Shown here: positions 26,405-40,368 of the stretch, piece by piece
Layout: each line of letters starts with the position of its first letter
Numbering within the stretch: position 1 is the stretch's first letter
NCBI RefSeq assembly: GCF_006345805.1
Contig: NC_043013.1
Location: 6,200,001-6,264,000, forward strand
Direction of reading: 5' to 3'
Origin: Octopus sinensis
Taxonomy: Eukaryota
DNA length: 64,000 nt
Position numbers and translations under genes: made by a program
Notes under the pieces: model-generated
The model's input: only the letters and a program-made list of their open reading frames with translations
Told to the model about the DNA's origin: nothing
The model's database searches: none

Positions 26405-26814
26405 TATACATATAACTAAATATATTCAGAAGGTAAAAGCATATATGTTCAGACATATATATATATTTATCCGTACATCTAATAAGGCGAGCTGGCAGAA
26501 TCGTTAGCACGCCGGGCAAAATAGTTAGCAGCATTTCATCCGTCCTTACGTCCTGAGTTCAAATTCCAGCGACGTCGACTTTAACTTTCATCCTTTTCAC
26601 ATCGGGGAAAAAAAAAAAAAAAAAGAAAACACACTCATCGATAAAATAATACCAGTTGACTTATCCCTATCCCGAAATTGCTGGCCTTGTGCCTAAATTA
26701 GAAACCGATATTATCGGTTCCAATACATGACTGGTGATTTACTTCGACGACTCCGAAATGATGAAAGACAACAGTCATATAATTTAAAAGGACAGGTTAT
26801 TCATATACTCTTTT

Positions 26815-27001
26815 TTCTCTTTTACTCTTTTACTTGTTTCAGTCATTTGGCTGCGGCCATGCTGGAGCACCGCCTTATTCTTTGTAAGCCTATTACTTAT
26901 TCTATCGGTCTCTTTTGCCGAACCGCTAAGTTACGGGGACGTAAACACACCAGCATCGGTTGTCAAGCGATGATAGGTGGGGGGAACACACACACACACA
27001 C

Positions 27002-27054
<53 letters not shown>

Positions 27055-27221
27055 ATATGACGGGCTTCTTTCAGTTTCCGTCTACCAAATCCACTCACAA
27101 GGCTTTGTTAGGCCCGAGGCTATAGTAGAAGACACTTGCCCAAAGTGCCACGCAGTGGGACTGAACCCGGAACCATGTGGTTGGTAAGCAAGCTACTTAC
27201 CACACAGCCACTCCTGCGCCT
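26815..27221 (-). mobile_element. SINE family A, CpG-intact copy
   Basis: Reverse-complement match to 62322-62793. Confidence 0.88.
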
Positions 27222-27294
27222 ATATAAAAACTTTCTTTAAGCGTCAGATGTTCAGCTCAGTCCAAAGTAAACCAGGTTTTATAAATACAATATA

Positions 27295-27660
27295 TCACAG
27301 TGTCATAGTACTGACCAGACCATCTGATGCTGTTACACATCGCTAGTCACAATGCGATTCCAGTTTTGTCCTGGTTTTGCCACTCTTTTTCATCTTGGCC
27401 CAAACTGCCTGACTCTTGATCGTGCGATCGTACAAACCTTCCAAGTAGCGATTTCCAATCTCTTGGACATCACTGGGCAACTGTGAAATATCCACCCAGC
27501 GGAACTTGTGTTTTCGGTACTCTCGGATCACATCGTTCACTCCGCTCCGTTCTGGAATTATCTCATTTCATATGTGCTCCCTTAGGGATGTTCCTGGCAT
27601 GGATCTGTCCATGACTCTTTGCGTCGTGGCCATTTGATCTTCTGTCCTCTTAGCTACAAC
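27295..27660 (-). mobile_element. RTE/RTEX-type LINE 3' fragment
   Basis: Minus-strand translation QMATTQRVMDRSMPGTSLREHI*NEIIPERSGVNDVIREYRKHKFRW resembles the TQRAMERSMLGISLRDRIRNE...KWRWAGH motif. Confidence 0.78.
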
Positions 27661-27744
27661 AAAATAAACAATAATCTTAAAGCAATATATGTGAGTTTAT
27701 ATAGATATATCTTTTAAAGTCTTGTGGAGGAAATGAAGGAGGAG

Positions 27745-28065
27745 CACTCCGTCGGATACGACGACGAGGGTCCCGGCTGATACGATCAACGGAATAGCTT
27801 ACTCGTGAAATTAACGTGCAAGTGACTGAGCAATTCACAGACACGTGTACCCCTAACGTAGTTCTCAGGGAGTTTCAGCGTGACACAGAGTGTGACCAGG
27901 CCGGCCCTTTGAAATACAGGTACTACTCATTTTTGCTAGTTGAGTGGACTGGAGCAACGTGAAATAAAGTGTCTTGTTCAAGGACACAACGCGTCGCCGG
28001 GAATTGAACTCGTGACCTTACAATCGCGAGCCGAATGCCCTAACCACTAGGCCACGTGCCTTCAC
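27745..28065 (-). mobile_element. tRNA + CORE-like SINE carrying tail 1 (also 31726-32036 + and a decayed copy at about 6060-6345 +)
   Basis: Head gtggcctagtggttagggcattcgg, core tgtgtccttgarcaagacacttt...gtccactca, and the same tail as family C. Confidence 0.85.
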
Positions 28066-28104
28066 ATATGTGGAGAAAATGCAGGTTTGTTATCAGGCAG
28101 ATAT

Positions 28105-28430
28105 GGTAAAGTTCCCTTTCGGCCATGACTTACCATGGGATCGGCCTTAGTAAGTTACCCTCCGAGGCACAAGTCCGGGCCAGGTTGTTTATAGAAAACC
28201 AGTAGTTGCCCATGCATACCAAACTTCCCTCTCCATGCCACTGATGTTATCCAAGAGAAAAGCAAAGGCCGATACAGCTTGGCACCAGTGACCCCGCGGC
28301 TCATTCCTACAGCTGAGTGAACTATAGCAACAAGAAATAAAATGCCTTGCTCAAGAACACAACACATGACCTGATCCGGAAATCGAACTCACTACCTCAT
28401 GATTGTGATCCCGACGCTCTAACCACTGAA
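28105..28430 (-). mobile_element. tRNA + CORE-like SINE with a different tail
   Basis: Same core (cagctgagtg...ttgctcaagaacacaac) joined to an unrelated tail (aagttaccctccgaggcacaagtccgg). Confidence 0.7.
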
Positions 28431-29596
28431 CATGGTATATAATTCTTCAAAGCTAATATTACAAAGGGTCTTAGCTAGTCTTTGTAGAAACTTGTAAACA
28501 ATACGGTCCTTGTTTTAATTTATTGTTTGTTTGAACCGTCACTAATTATTGTGGTATCATATTTTGATTTCACTTTGGTTGGATATGAATAAAGAACCAC
28601 GTGATTTCGGGTTCGATATCATTACGCGGCACCATGGGCAAGTGTCTTCTACTATAGCCCTGGGTCGACCAAAGCCTTGTGAATGAATTTGGTGGATGGA
28701 AACTGCGTGGAAGTCTGTTGTGTATTTGTATATGTAATAGAAGAAGATGGGAAAATAATTTTAGCGCCAGCAATGAAATTTAATAGCTGCATCTTCTGTA
28801 AAGGGTATAGCTGTGCTAACCACTACTCCAAAATGACGTCATAACCCTTGACCATCTAACGGTGATTCGAAACCTAACCGCTAGATAATCGGTCAGACAC
28901 CACGAGCGAACCACCTTTGTTTCACGTGATCGGTCAATTGATCACGAAATCAGCGTGATATGGTTTTCTCGAATGTTTTTATTGTTTCCCATAACAGACC
29001 GTTTTGGTGCTCAATTAATCTCAGATTGTTGGATGCGGCTGAGCGACATGCGACGCAGGCGGTTCTGGACATTTTCGTAGACAACTCCAGGTTCTCGGAT
29101 AGACTCATTTTGAACATTCACGCAATGCACCATAAGTAACTTCTACGGAAGCGGCGCGGTTTTTCTCTCTTTCTCCCCCAGTCAGCAATTATTAATGTTG
29201 TTCACTGTAAACGGCCAGCGCCAAATATCTTTAATGTCCGGCAATAAATATTCAATTAAATGTTCACACATCGCTTCAGTTATGATTCATGTGACCAACG
29301 AAATATATCTTCATTTCCCCGTTACTTAAGCATCGAAGCCACCCTGAGACAACGGTCTTCTTGGAGAACTGAGTTCAAATTGCATTAAAACTGAGCCAAC
29401 ACTCTACTAAACCTCACCATTCTCTTTCTTTTTCTTCATGGAGACCTTACCTAATAACCCGTTGTACTCTGTGCCCTAAAACGATGCAGATGGAATAGTC
29501 ACAAGTGGAGTGCTTTTAATGATAGGTCTGTTCGATCAGAACTCACTCCATTCCAAATTCCTTGAGAAGGCAACAGGGTTACTGCTCCAATGTATG

Positions 29597-29645
<49 letters not shown>

Positions 29646-30474
29646 TATCATCATTATCATCATCATCATCATCATCATCATCATTATCATCATCATCATC
29701 ATCATTATTATTATTATTATTATTGTTATTATTATTATGCTTATGATATAAAGCAGTGAGCTGGTAGAGTCGTTAGCATTCCGGAAAAAATCTTAGCAGC
29801 ATTTCGTCCGTCTATACGTTCTGAGTTCAAATTCCCCCGAGGTCGACTTGACTTTTCATCCTATAGGGATCGAATAAATAAGTACCAGTTGATCACTGGG
29901 GTTGATGTAATTAACTTATCTCCTCCCTCGAAATTGCTGGCCTTGTGCCAAAATTTGAAACCATTACTGTTATGCCTATGGTATAAGGCAGCAAGCTGAT
30001 AGAATCGTAAGCAAACCGGCAAAGTGCTTAACGGCATTTCGTCTGTCTTCGCGTTCTGAGTTCAAATTCCGCCGATGTCGACTTTGCCTTCTATCTTTTC
30101 GGGCTGAGTGGTTAAGAAGTTCATTTGTCCAATCCCTAGGTCTGAAGTTCAATCTCATTGCATAGCATCTTAAACAAGAGTCTCATCATAGCTTTGGGTT
30201 GGCACCAGTTGCACACTGCGATAGATATAATCGATTGGCTCCCTACCCAGAAATTTCAGGTCTTGTGCCTATAGTAGAAAGGGTTATTAGGTTTATGGTG
30301 AGTTGGCAGAATCGGTAGAGCATCGGATAAAATGCCAGGCTGTATTCATTCCATCACATTACGTCCAGAGTTTTTATATTCTTGTAGTCGACGGTCTCGA
30401 TTAAATCCCTCCCCACAAAATTTCTGGAAACAATTATTCTATCTTTGTTAGAAACAATTATTTGAGGATGGTAG

Positions 30475-30733
30475 TAAAGTAAAGTTCTTTCGCGGGTCAT
30501 GCCGCCTCATAAGGGCCGGTTTCCCGGTTTCCACGACGTATATATCCCCCCACCTGGACGGCACGCCAGCGCCCGTCGCAGGATAACTCACTTTTGCCAG
30601 CTGAGTGGACTGGAGCAACGTGAAATGAAGTGTTTTGCTCAAGATCACAACGCGTCGCCCGGTCCAAGACTCGAAACCGCTATCTTACGATCAGGAGTTC
30701 AACACCCCTAACCACTAACCCACGCGCCCCCAC
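30475..30733 (-). mobile_element. tRNA + CORE-like SINE with a third tail type
   Basis: Core gccagctgagtggactggagcaacgtgaaat with tail cctggacggcacgccag...ccggtttcccggtttc. Confidence 0.7.
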
Positions 30734-31645
30734 TTTCAAGACGGTGGATTTGCAGAATTATCAGAGCATCAAAAAAAAAAAAAAGTGCTCCATAGGATTT
30801 GTTTCAGCTGGTCACATTCTGAGTTCAAATCGAATCGAGGTCAACTTTGCTTTTCATCTTTTCGGGGTCGAGAAGATAAAGCCAAGTACTCTGATTGATG
30901 GCATCGACTGACCACCACCCACTAAAACTACTGACCGTCTTCCTAAATTAGAGGACATTATTATTTAAAGACCAAAAGGCGGCGAACTGGCAGAATCATT
31001 AGCGTGCCGGGCAAAATGTTCTGCGGCATTTCTTCCGTGTTCAAATTCTGCCGAGGTCGACTTTGCTTTTCATCCTTTCGGGGTCGATAAATCAAGTACC
31101 AGTTGCGTACAGGGGTCGATCTAATCGATTCGCCCCCTCCCCCCAAATTTCAGGCCTTGCGCCTAGAGCAGAAAATTATATTTTATCTTTCCTTTTTTCA
31201 TTAATAATATCTTTATTTTAGCTTCTTCTCTGTCATCGAGGTTGTCAAATTCTGTCATTCTTTTTTCCTCTCTTGAAAAAAAAAAAAAAAATAGCAGTTT
31301 AATATTTTTATCCAATTCGACTCTTATTTTATAAAATTTTTGAAATGCTTGCCATTACTTTTTTTTAAATATGTGACGTTAAATTAATTGTCGTAATTTG
31401 TAATTTGTCATTTGAGAAAAATCGATTTAGATATATAAAAAAAAGAGAACTTTGAAAGGTTCTACTTTTTTCTATTGAGTACTGGTTCTTCTCATCTGTA
31501 AACGTAAATGCTTATACTTTATGTAGAGTCTATTTGATAGCAACCGATGATTCCCTCTGTAAATACAGTGAGTTGGTTACGTGTTTGTGTTTATACTGAG
31601 CCCCCTTTTTCACCCGTTTGGCCTCTCGAGCAGTATATATGTGCG

Positions 31646-31724
<79 letters not shown>

Positions 31725-32129
31725 AGTGAGGGCGCGTGGCCTAGTGGTTAGGGCATTCGGTTGTGAGTTCGATTCCCGGTGACACGTTGTGTCCTTGAGC
31801 AAGACACTTTATTTAACGTTTCTTCAGTCCACTCAGCTGGCAAAAATGAGTAGGACCTGTATTTCAAAAAGGGCCAGCCTTGTCACAATCTGTGTCACAC
31901 TGAATCTCCTTGCGAACTACGTTAAGGGTCTACGTGTCTGTAGAGTGCTCAGCCACTTGCACGTTAATTTCACGAGCAAGCTGTTCCGTTGATCGTATCA
32001 GCTGGGACCCTCGTCGTCGTAACCGAGGGAGTGCTCCTTTAGAAATCTATCTATATATCTATATATCTATCTATATATCTATATATCTATCTATATATCT
32101 ATCTGTCTGTCCATATATGTTGTACATGA

Positions 32130-32367
32130 GTATACGTACGTACGTACGTACGTATGTATGTATGTATGTATGTATGTATGTATGTATGTATGTATGTATG
32201 TATGTATGTATGTATGTATGTATGTATGTACGTATGTATGTATGTTGTATGTATGTATGTATGTATGTATGTGTGTATGTATGTATGTAGTAGTATGTAT
32301 GTATGTATGATGTATGTATGTATGTATGTATGTATGTATGATGTATGTATGTATGTATGTATGTATG

Positions 32368-32398
<31 letters not shown>

Positions 32399-32410
32399 TA
32401 TGTATGTATG

Positions 32411-32442
<32 letters not shown>

Positions 32443-32655
32443 TGTATGTATGTATGTATGTATGTACGTACGTATGTATGTATGTATGTATGTATGTATG
32501 TATGTATGTACGTATGTATGTATGTATGTATGTATGTATGTATGTACTATGTATGTATGTATGTATGTATGTATGTATGTATGTATGTATGTATGTATGT
32601 ATGTATGTATGTATGTATGTATGTATGTATGTATGTATGTATGTATGTATGTATG

Positions 32656-32687
<32 letters not shown>

Positions 32688-33245
32688 TGTATGTATGTAT
32701 GTATGTATGTATGTACGTATGTATGTATGTATTTATGTACGTATGTATTTATGTATGTATGTATGTACGTATGTATGTATGTGTGTATGTATGTATGTAT
32801 GTATGTATGTATGTATGTATGTATGTATGTACGTATGTATGTATGTATGTATGTATGTATGTATGTATGTATGTATGTATGTATATATGTGTGTATGTAT
32901 GTACGTATGTATGTGTGTATGTATGTATGTATGTATGTACGTATGTATTTATGTATGTATGTATGTATGTATGTACGTATGTATGTGTGTATGTGTGTAT
33001 GTATGTATGTATGTATGTTATGTATGTATGTACGTATGTATGTGTGTATGTGTGTATGTATGTATGTATGTATGTACGTATGTATGTATGTGTGTATGTG
33101 TGTATGTGTATATGTATGTTATTCAGCTTTATTTCAAGATTGCTTGCCAATGGAGAAAGAGCCGGTTTCTAACCTAGATTCAAGGTTCCTTCATTGGAAT
33201 TTCAACATCAACAACAGAGTATGTATGTATTTATGTATGTATGTT
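32130..33245. repeat. About 1.1-kb (TATG)n microsatellite with a roughly 100-bp insert at 33120-33220
   Basis: Direct reading. Source of the spurious MYVC ORFs. Confidence 0.97.
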
Positions 33246-33249
33246 ATGT

Positions 33250-33720
33250 GAGGTCACTTTCGAGTACTACTGGTAACATGTAACTCAGTACAACCTGTTG
33301 CATGGTCGGGTCGTCGGCGACTAAACCGGCAACCCCACCAAGCTTGCTTGGTGAGGAGGGTGTTTATTGGACACCCTGCAGGATGAAAAACAAAACCCGT
33401 CAAAGGGCGGAGGAACTCTTGAGAGTCAACGGCCATCCAATAAATGTCTTAAGGCTGTATCATGCGCGGGGACATAGAAATAATCGGACTGAATACCCGA
33501 TCGCGCGGTTAAACCATTGGGAGTGAAGGACTCCTAGCCTTTGTCAGGGCATCCTTCTAGGAGAAGGTAACTCAAGTAACTGGGATAACTCCGGCATAAA
33601 ACCTGCGGCTCAGTGGTTACCGATGATGTTAACTTGTTCTTCTTTTCACAACGTTTGTCTCTAATATCTACCCCATCAAGCGTACTACAAATCACCTTGG
33701 CCGGACAGTATGGGATTGTA
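33250..33720 (+). mobile_element. Interspersed repeat resembling an RTE-type 5' UTR or a derived non-autonomous element
   Basis: GC-richer block with a ggcatccttctaggagaaggtaactc motif reminiscent of RTE 5' ends. No coding similarity recognised. Confidence 0.4.
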
Positions 33721-34401
33721 GCGGCTAATGTTATCCTTTGGGTTGGTATGTTGTAGCCGTTTACCAAATGTAACGCTTCAGGGTTCTCGTGTCGGAGTAC
33801 CAGTAAACATCGAAGAATCAACACCAAGAAGGAAGAAATACTATTTACATATGTTAATTATTTTGTCCGACAGGTACTTAAAGAGATAGTAGAAATTTTA
33901 GTGATAGTGACAACAAAGTTGGCTCGCTGATTAGTTGTTGATAATGTAGAAAAAGGTCGTCTGTCAGTAGAGAGTGAAAGAGTAAGGAATGTACGGTGCT
34001 GACTAGAAAATATAGAGGTGGCATCGTCTTTCTTGCGGCCGAGGAAAGTGCTGCTCTTGGTCATGGCTGACGCAAAAGAGCTTGTTGATCTTTGGTCTGA
34101 CTGACGCGAAAGAGGAAGAGATAGGAAATTCTCTGTGTTATATAGACTATGGTCAGTAATGTAAGTCAAACCCTAAACAAAGGACTGACCTTTCCTTGAC
34201 CAGCACAGGTCCTAGGGGGTCGAGTGTTTCCTCATCAATCATCTGGTGTGGAGAGGATTTCCCTCTCGTTTTGATAAGCAACAAACAGGTTTCAAATCTT
34301 AGGGAGGGTCAAGCTAGATCCCTACAGGATATTTTGTTTTGATATTGTTGGATGGCATAACCTAGAGTTCAAGTCCTTATGTGTGCCTGTCTCTTTATAT
34401 A

Positions 34402-35005
34402 AGCGTAGTCGTGGCTGTGTGGTAAGAAATTTGCTTCCCAACCACTTGATTCCGGGTTCAGTTCCACTGCATGGCACCTTGGGCAAGTATTTTCTTATTT
34501 CTTTACTGCCCACAAGGGGCTACAAACAGTCGGGACAAACAAGGAAAGACAAACGGATTAAGTCGATTATATCGACCCCAGTGCGTAACTGATACTTATT
34601 TAATCAACTCCGAAAGGATGAAAGGCAAAGTCAACCTCGGCGGAATTTGAACTCAGAACGTAACGGCAGACGAAATACCGCTAAGCATTTCGCCCGGCGT
34701 GCTAACGATTCTGCCAGCTTGCCGCCTTGATGTTTCTACTATAATAGAAACATTAGTGTTTTCTACTATCGCCCCAGGTTTCAGAGTGGATTTGGTAGAT
34801 GGAAACTGAAGGAAGCCCGTCGTATGCACACACACACACGCACGCACAGACAGATAGACACACACACACACACACGCACACCAGCGTGTGTGTCTCTTTG
34901 TCTGCGTTTGTCCCCACCACTGCTTGACAACCGGTGTTGGTGTGTTTACGCCCCTCTAATATAGCGGTTCGGCAAAAAGCCCGATAGAATAAGTGCCAGG
35001 CTTAA
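34402..35005 (+). mobile_element. SINE family A interrupted by an antisense family B copy (34494-34728)
   Basis: The A head stops at gggcaagtatttt and resumes at gtgttttctactat...gagtggatttggtagatggaaactg after the B element. Confidence 0.82.
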
Positions 35006-35277
35006 AAAATGTACACGCACGCACGCACACACACATACACTTGCACCCACGCAGGTATGCGCGCGCGCACACACACACATACACTCACACACATATATAT
35101 GTTTTTGACGGGCTTCCGCACAGTTCTCGTCTGTTACTTTCACTGACGAGACTTTTGTCGGCCCAGGGCTTCAGAAGAAGGCACTTGCTCGGGATTGAAT
35201 TCGAAACCACGTGTTTGTAAGCCGAGCCTCTTTATGGCACAGCGTTTTACATTATTAGATGACCTTGCAGGCGAAGA

Positions 35278-35311
35278 TTATGGTGACGACGACGACGACG
35301 ACAACAACAAC

Positions 35312-35352
<41 letters not shown>

Positions 35353-35570
35353 CGATAACGATGATGATGATGACGATGAAGATGATGATAATGATGATGA
35401 TGGTGATGATGATGACGACGACGACGATGACGATGATGATAATGATGATGATGATGAAGATGACGATGACGATGTTTATGATGATGGCGATGGTGATGGT
35501 GGTAATGGTGGTGATGACTGTGACGATGATGATGATGAGGGTGGTGATGATGTGGACGACGACAACGACG
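35278..35570. repeat. (GAT/GAC)n trinucleotide repeat (similar tracts at 3188-3305, 29597-29740, 63175-63517)
   Basis: Direct reading. Confidence 0.95.
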
Positions 35571-35864
35571 GCGGGGCTGGCAGTAGACGTTCTCCACGGG
35601 CGTCGTTGATATCTCTTCTGCTCAACATGACAAAAAACACATAACGACGTGTCATCATCGTTGATCTTTGCTGTTGTTGTTGTTGTTGATGTTGCTGGTC
35701 CGAAATGTGCTTCGGGTTACGAACGGATATGTCTTTCTGCAACGTGAGCACACTGAAATTGCCGTGAAAACGGCGCTTGTGCGCACGTGCGCCGTGTGTG
35801 TGCGTGTGTGTGTGTTTGTGTGTTTGTGTGTGTGCGTGTGTGTGTGTTTGTGTGTGTGTGTGTA

Positions 35865-35895
<31 letters not shown>

Positions 35896-35915
35896 ACGTG
35901 CGTGTGTGCGCGTGC

Positions 35916-35977
<62 letters not shown>

Positions 35978-36693
35978 TTGTGTGAGATGGGGAATGTGTG
36001 CGCACACTGTCACACACGGGCACATACCTCTTAAGTAACACTGACATACATATTCACACATAAACGCATACATTCACACATAACACACGCGCACACTACG
36101 CATACGTTCATGTCTGCGTAACATACACACTCCAATTTACATATATATAATTATATGCAAGCCCCTACACACACACACACACACGTCACACGTGCGCGCA
36201 CGAATGTGAACACTCTTCGACAAACGTGTATGTACATACACACACTCACAAGTGTACACACGCGCATACACGCACACTTATATACATACGCACACATACA
36301 CATACATGTACAGTAACATACACACGTGCATGCACACACACACACACACACATATACACATATACACACATGTATTTAGGAGAGAGAGCGAATGTAAGAC
36401 AGAGAGAGAGAACGCACGAGCGAGAGAGGAAGAGAGAGGGGAAGAGAAGGAGGAAGAGAAAGAGAGGAAAAGAGGAAGAGAGAGAGAGACAGAGAGACAG
36501 AGAGAATAAAGTAAATGAAAGACAAAGGGAGAAAGTGGGATCTGGTGAAATAAACATTCATCTTATAACTCCTAGATGTCTTTATATTCTGTACACACAC
36601 ACAAACACACACACATGGTTTTTATATATAATTATGACGCGAAACTCTTTAACTCCTTTTTCTCTCTTTCTTTCACTCTCTTTGGCTTCCTTC

Positions 36694-36725
<32 letters not shown>

Positions 36726-37391
36726 TCCTCATCTCTCTCACAGCCGGGTCGACGAACTTCCTTTCGCTGGCGGCCTTCTTCAAGTAAACATGTTTCATCC
36801 TGCGCTCGTGAAAAAATTTTTTTCCTCGTCTGGCCTTATAGGCCCTCATTATTTGTTTTCCTGTCCTGTTTCTATTCCTTCTTGTACTGTATTTTTTGTA
36901 ATTGTATTTTTATTTTGTATTTGTTTTTAATTGTATTGTTTTTACGTCCTGTTTTTGTCACATTTTTTCCCTTGTTTTTACCCCTCTGCAAAGGAATTTT
37001 ATTTAATTCTTTCGCAGGAAGGACTGGTTCGACGAGACGTGTTCTGTCCTCACATTCGAAACACGCTGGAGTTGAACTAGGGACAGCTGATGAAGGGGAT
37101 TTTTCCTTGTGTAGTTGTCTTGTACTCTGTTTTTTCGTTGTTAAAACAATGGTCCGTTCCATGCTGTTTTTACTTTTTCGTTTCTCGTTGAGTTCTACGT
37201 CTATTTGTGGTGTCCTGTACACACGTATATATATTTATATATGCATGTATATATACATGTAGATGTAGGTACGTACATATATGTTTGTATGTATGCATAT
37301 ATTTTATCTATTACACTATTGTATGACTGAGCGCCCTCGCGTCGATTCGATTCGTTTCGTTTTGTTTCGTTTCTTCTTCTTCTCTTAAGCT

Positions 37392-37496
<105 letters not shown>

Positions 37497-38334
37497 TATA
37501 GGCGCAGGTGTGGTTGTGTGGTAAAAAAGCTTGCTTCCCCAAAACATGGTTCTTGGTTCAGTCCCACTGCACTGCGTGGAACACTGGGGCAAGTGTCTTT
37601 TACTATAGCCTCGGGACAACCAAAGACTTGTGGATAGATTTGGTCAACGGAAACGGAAAGAAGTTCGTCATATATATTTTTTGCCATGTGTGAGTTACAA
37701 ATATTGTTATCTGTGGAGACATACTTTTGTAGAAAAAAGAAATAGCAGTCTTTTGGCTGCTATTTCTAAAATTTTCGGTATGTGGTCGAGCAACTTGTTG
37801 CTAAACCCTTATTGTTATAATTATATATGTGGTTAGCCATGTTAAGATGGCTTCTATACTTTACATTATCGAGCGATTACTGTTTCAATCTCATTCTGAG
37901 ATTTAATAATGCTATATATAAAAAACTTTTCGTATAAGTTTTTACCGAATATGGTTCTTTTCCATACCGAAAAACTACTAGGTGGAATTAGTTAATTTTA
38001 TTAAATTAATAATTTTTCACCCTATATCTGTAATGATTATATATATATAAGTATTTGTGTGTGTGTCTGTGCTCGTGTCCCCCACCATCACTTGACAGCC
38101 GATGTTGGTGTGTTTACACAATAAAAAAGTAAAAACAGTAAAAGACAGAACAATGAAAACAAAAGGATGCGTGGCGTTCGATCATATAAAAGTATAAATA
38201 TTATATAAATATATGCATATATACATATATGTACATACTTACATGTACTTACATATATATGTATATATACATGCACATATGGGTACAGGACACGAAAAAA
38301 AAACGTTGAACACAATGGGAAGTAAACCTGACGT

Positions 38335-39951
38335 GCAAATAAATCGCTAGGTAACTTGAAAATACGCAGGTGTATTTTCCAGGGAGACTTGCTCTCTCCA
38401 TTACCCTTTGTCGTTGCGCTAATCCCTCTGACAAATATACCGAAAATCTCTAGGCCTGTCTATGAGTTTACCAAATCGAAGATGAAGATAAATCACCTAT
38501 ATTATATGAATGACTTCAAGCTATATATATATATGTCTGAAAAAAAAAAAGACAGACCTGAACTCTTTGACCCAAACTGACAGTATTCAGTAAAGCTATT
38601 GGAATGCAGTTGGGGGTAAATAAGTGTGTTGTCCTAATTATGAAGAGAAGCCGAAAGGTAAACTCCGATGGCATAAAATCAATACATCATTAGATTACTG
38701 TGGTATATAACAAAGGATACAAATACTTAGGAGTGTCGCAAAACGATAGGGTAATGGAAGGAGGAATGAAAGAGAAAGAGTACACGAGAAGAATTAAGAA
38801 GGGGCTCGAGGCAAAATTAAATGGGGAGAACATGATTAAAGACATAAATACTTGGGATGTCCTCATGCTGAAATGGATGCTGGTTGAGCTACAAAACGGC
38901 TAGAAAATCTAGAAAGCTGTTCACAATGCACAGTACACTCCACCCTTAAAGTAATATTGACCGTCTCTACTTACTAAGAAAGGAAGGTTGCAGAGGATTA
39001 CCAAACGCAGAAGACACTGTTAATAGCACGGTACTGGGTCTGAAAAATTATGTTGTGCGGCGTAAAGAAAGAATATAACCAGCAATTAGAGATACCCCAA
39101 CAAATAACTGAAACAGTAGGATAGTTCAAAAAGAAAGGGAAGAAAAACAGAACAAACAAATGGAAAGAAATGGAACCACTTGGTCAATTCATGCAACAAC
39201 TTGAAAATGTTGGAAGTAAAGATCTCTGGCGCTGGTTGATGGACGGAAACTCGAAGCGAGATACAGAAACGCTAATTATAGTCGCTCAGGAACAAATCTG
39301 ATAAAGGCAAAGATCGACAAAACTCAGTTAGATAGCTAATGCAGAATCTGCAGGAAAGGAGACGGAAGTATCGATCACCTTTTGAGTGAGTGCAGCATAC
39401 TAGCATGAAAGGAGTATAAGCGCAGACATGAATGTGTAGGAAAAAGTGTTCATTAGGATGTTAGCCAGGTGTATGGTTTCAAAAGAACAGAAAAGAGGTA
39501 TGGCCACGAACCAGAGGCTTTGATCGAAAATGACTTCCTCATAAAGGCTGACCATAATATTGAAGTAAGAAGACCAGATATGATTATAGAGGACAAAAGA
39601 AACAAACGGTATAAGATCTTAGATTTTGCGATTCCCTATGACAGCAGAGTCAATAACAAAGAAATTGAAAAAAAAAATTGAGAAATATCAGGATCTAACC
39701 AGAGAGCTGAGGAAACTGTGGAAGAGCAAGACAACAATTATTCCTGTAGCAATTGGTGCCCTTGGCACAACACCCAAAATGGTACTGAAAGACTGAAAGA
39801 GACTGGAAATGAAACTCGCATTGTCGACCTTACAGAAAAAGTACCACGCTATATTCTGCAAGAATCCTAAGAGAGGTTTTGGAGATTCGAGGAGTTTTGT
39901 TGTAATCAAACATCAAGATGAAATACATGCTAACTACGCATGCGCTAACGC

Positions 39952-39982
<31 letters not shown>

Positions 39983-40019
39983 TAATAATAATAATAACAA
40001 CAATAATAATAATAATAAT
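38335..40019 (+). pseudogene. Degenerate R4/Dong-type (restriction-like endonuclease) non-LTR retrotransposon, 3' half with an (AAT)n tail
   Basis: IFQGDLLSPLPFVVALIPL, INHLYYMND (YMDD), YKYLG, CCHC finger CRICRKGDGSIDHLLSEC, RRPDMIIEDK...ILDFAIPYD, KYQDL and IIPVAIGALG. Many stops and frameshifts. Confidence 0.88.
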
Positions 40020-40034
40020 GAACATATATATATA

Positions 40035-40300
40035 TATATATATATATATCACATTTGATCACCGTGACCGAACAGGCTATCAGATGTTGCAACACATCGC
40101 TGGTCACAATGCACTTCGCATTGTTTTAGCCTTCAAATGACGCCACCCCGCTGGCTAAGCGAGCAGGCCAACAGAAGAAAGAGTGAGATAAAGTTGTGGC
40201 GAAAGAGTACAGCAGGGATCGCCACCCGGTCTGGGAATCGAAACCGCGATCCTACGACCGCGTGTCCGCTGCCCTAACCACTGGGCCATTGCGCCTCCAC
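40035..40300 (-). mobile_element. SINE family C with tail 2 (internally deleted)
   Basis: Family C head joined to a gaaggctaaaacaatgcgaag...agcgatgtg...catctgatagcctg tail. Confidence 0.85.
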
Positions 40301-40337
40301 ACACACACACACAACACACACACATATATATATATTT

Positions 40338-40368
<31 letters not shown>

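Noticed and set aside
32154-33251. ORFs of 275-365 aa with MYVC repeats
   Set aside because: Translations of (TATG)n, which has no stop codons in these frames.
33858-34169. 103-aa Ser/Thr-rich minus-strand ORF (also 50115-50834)
   Set aside because: No recognisable domain or splice support. Probably degenerate TE sequence.
35195-35644. Poly-Asp ORF suggesting an acidic biomineralisation protein
   Set aside because: No signal peptide or splice context. It is a (GAT)n microsatellite like several others in the window.
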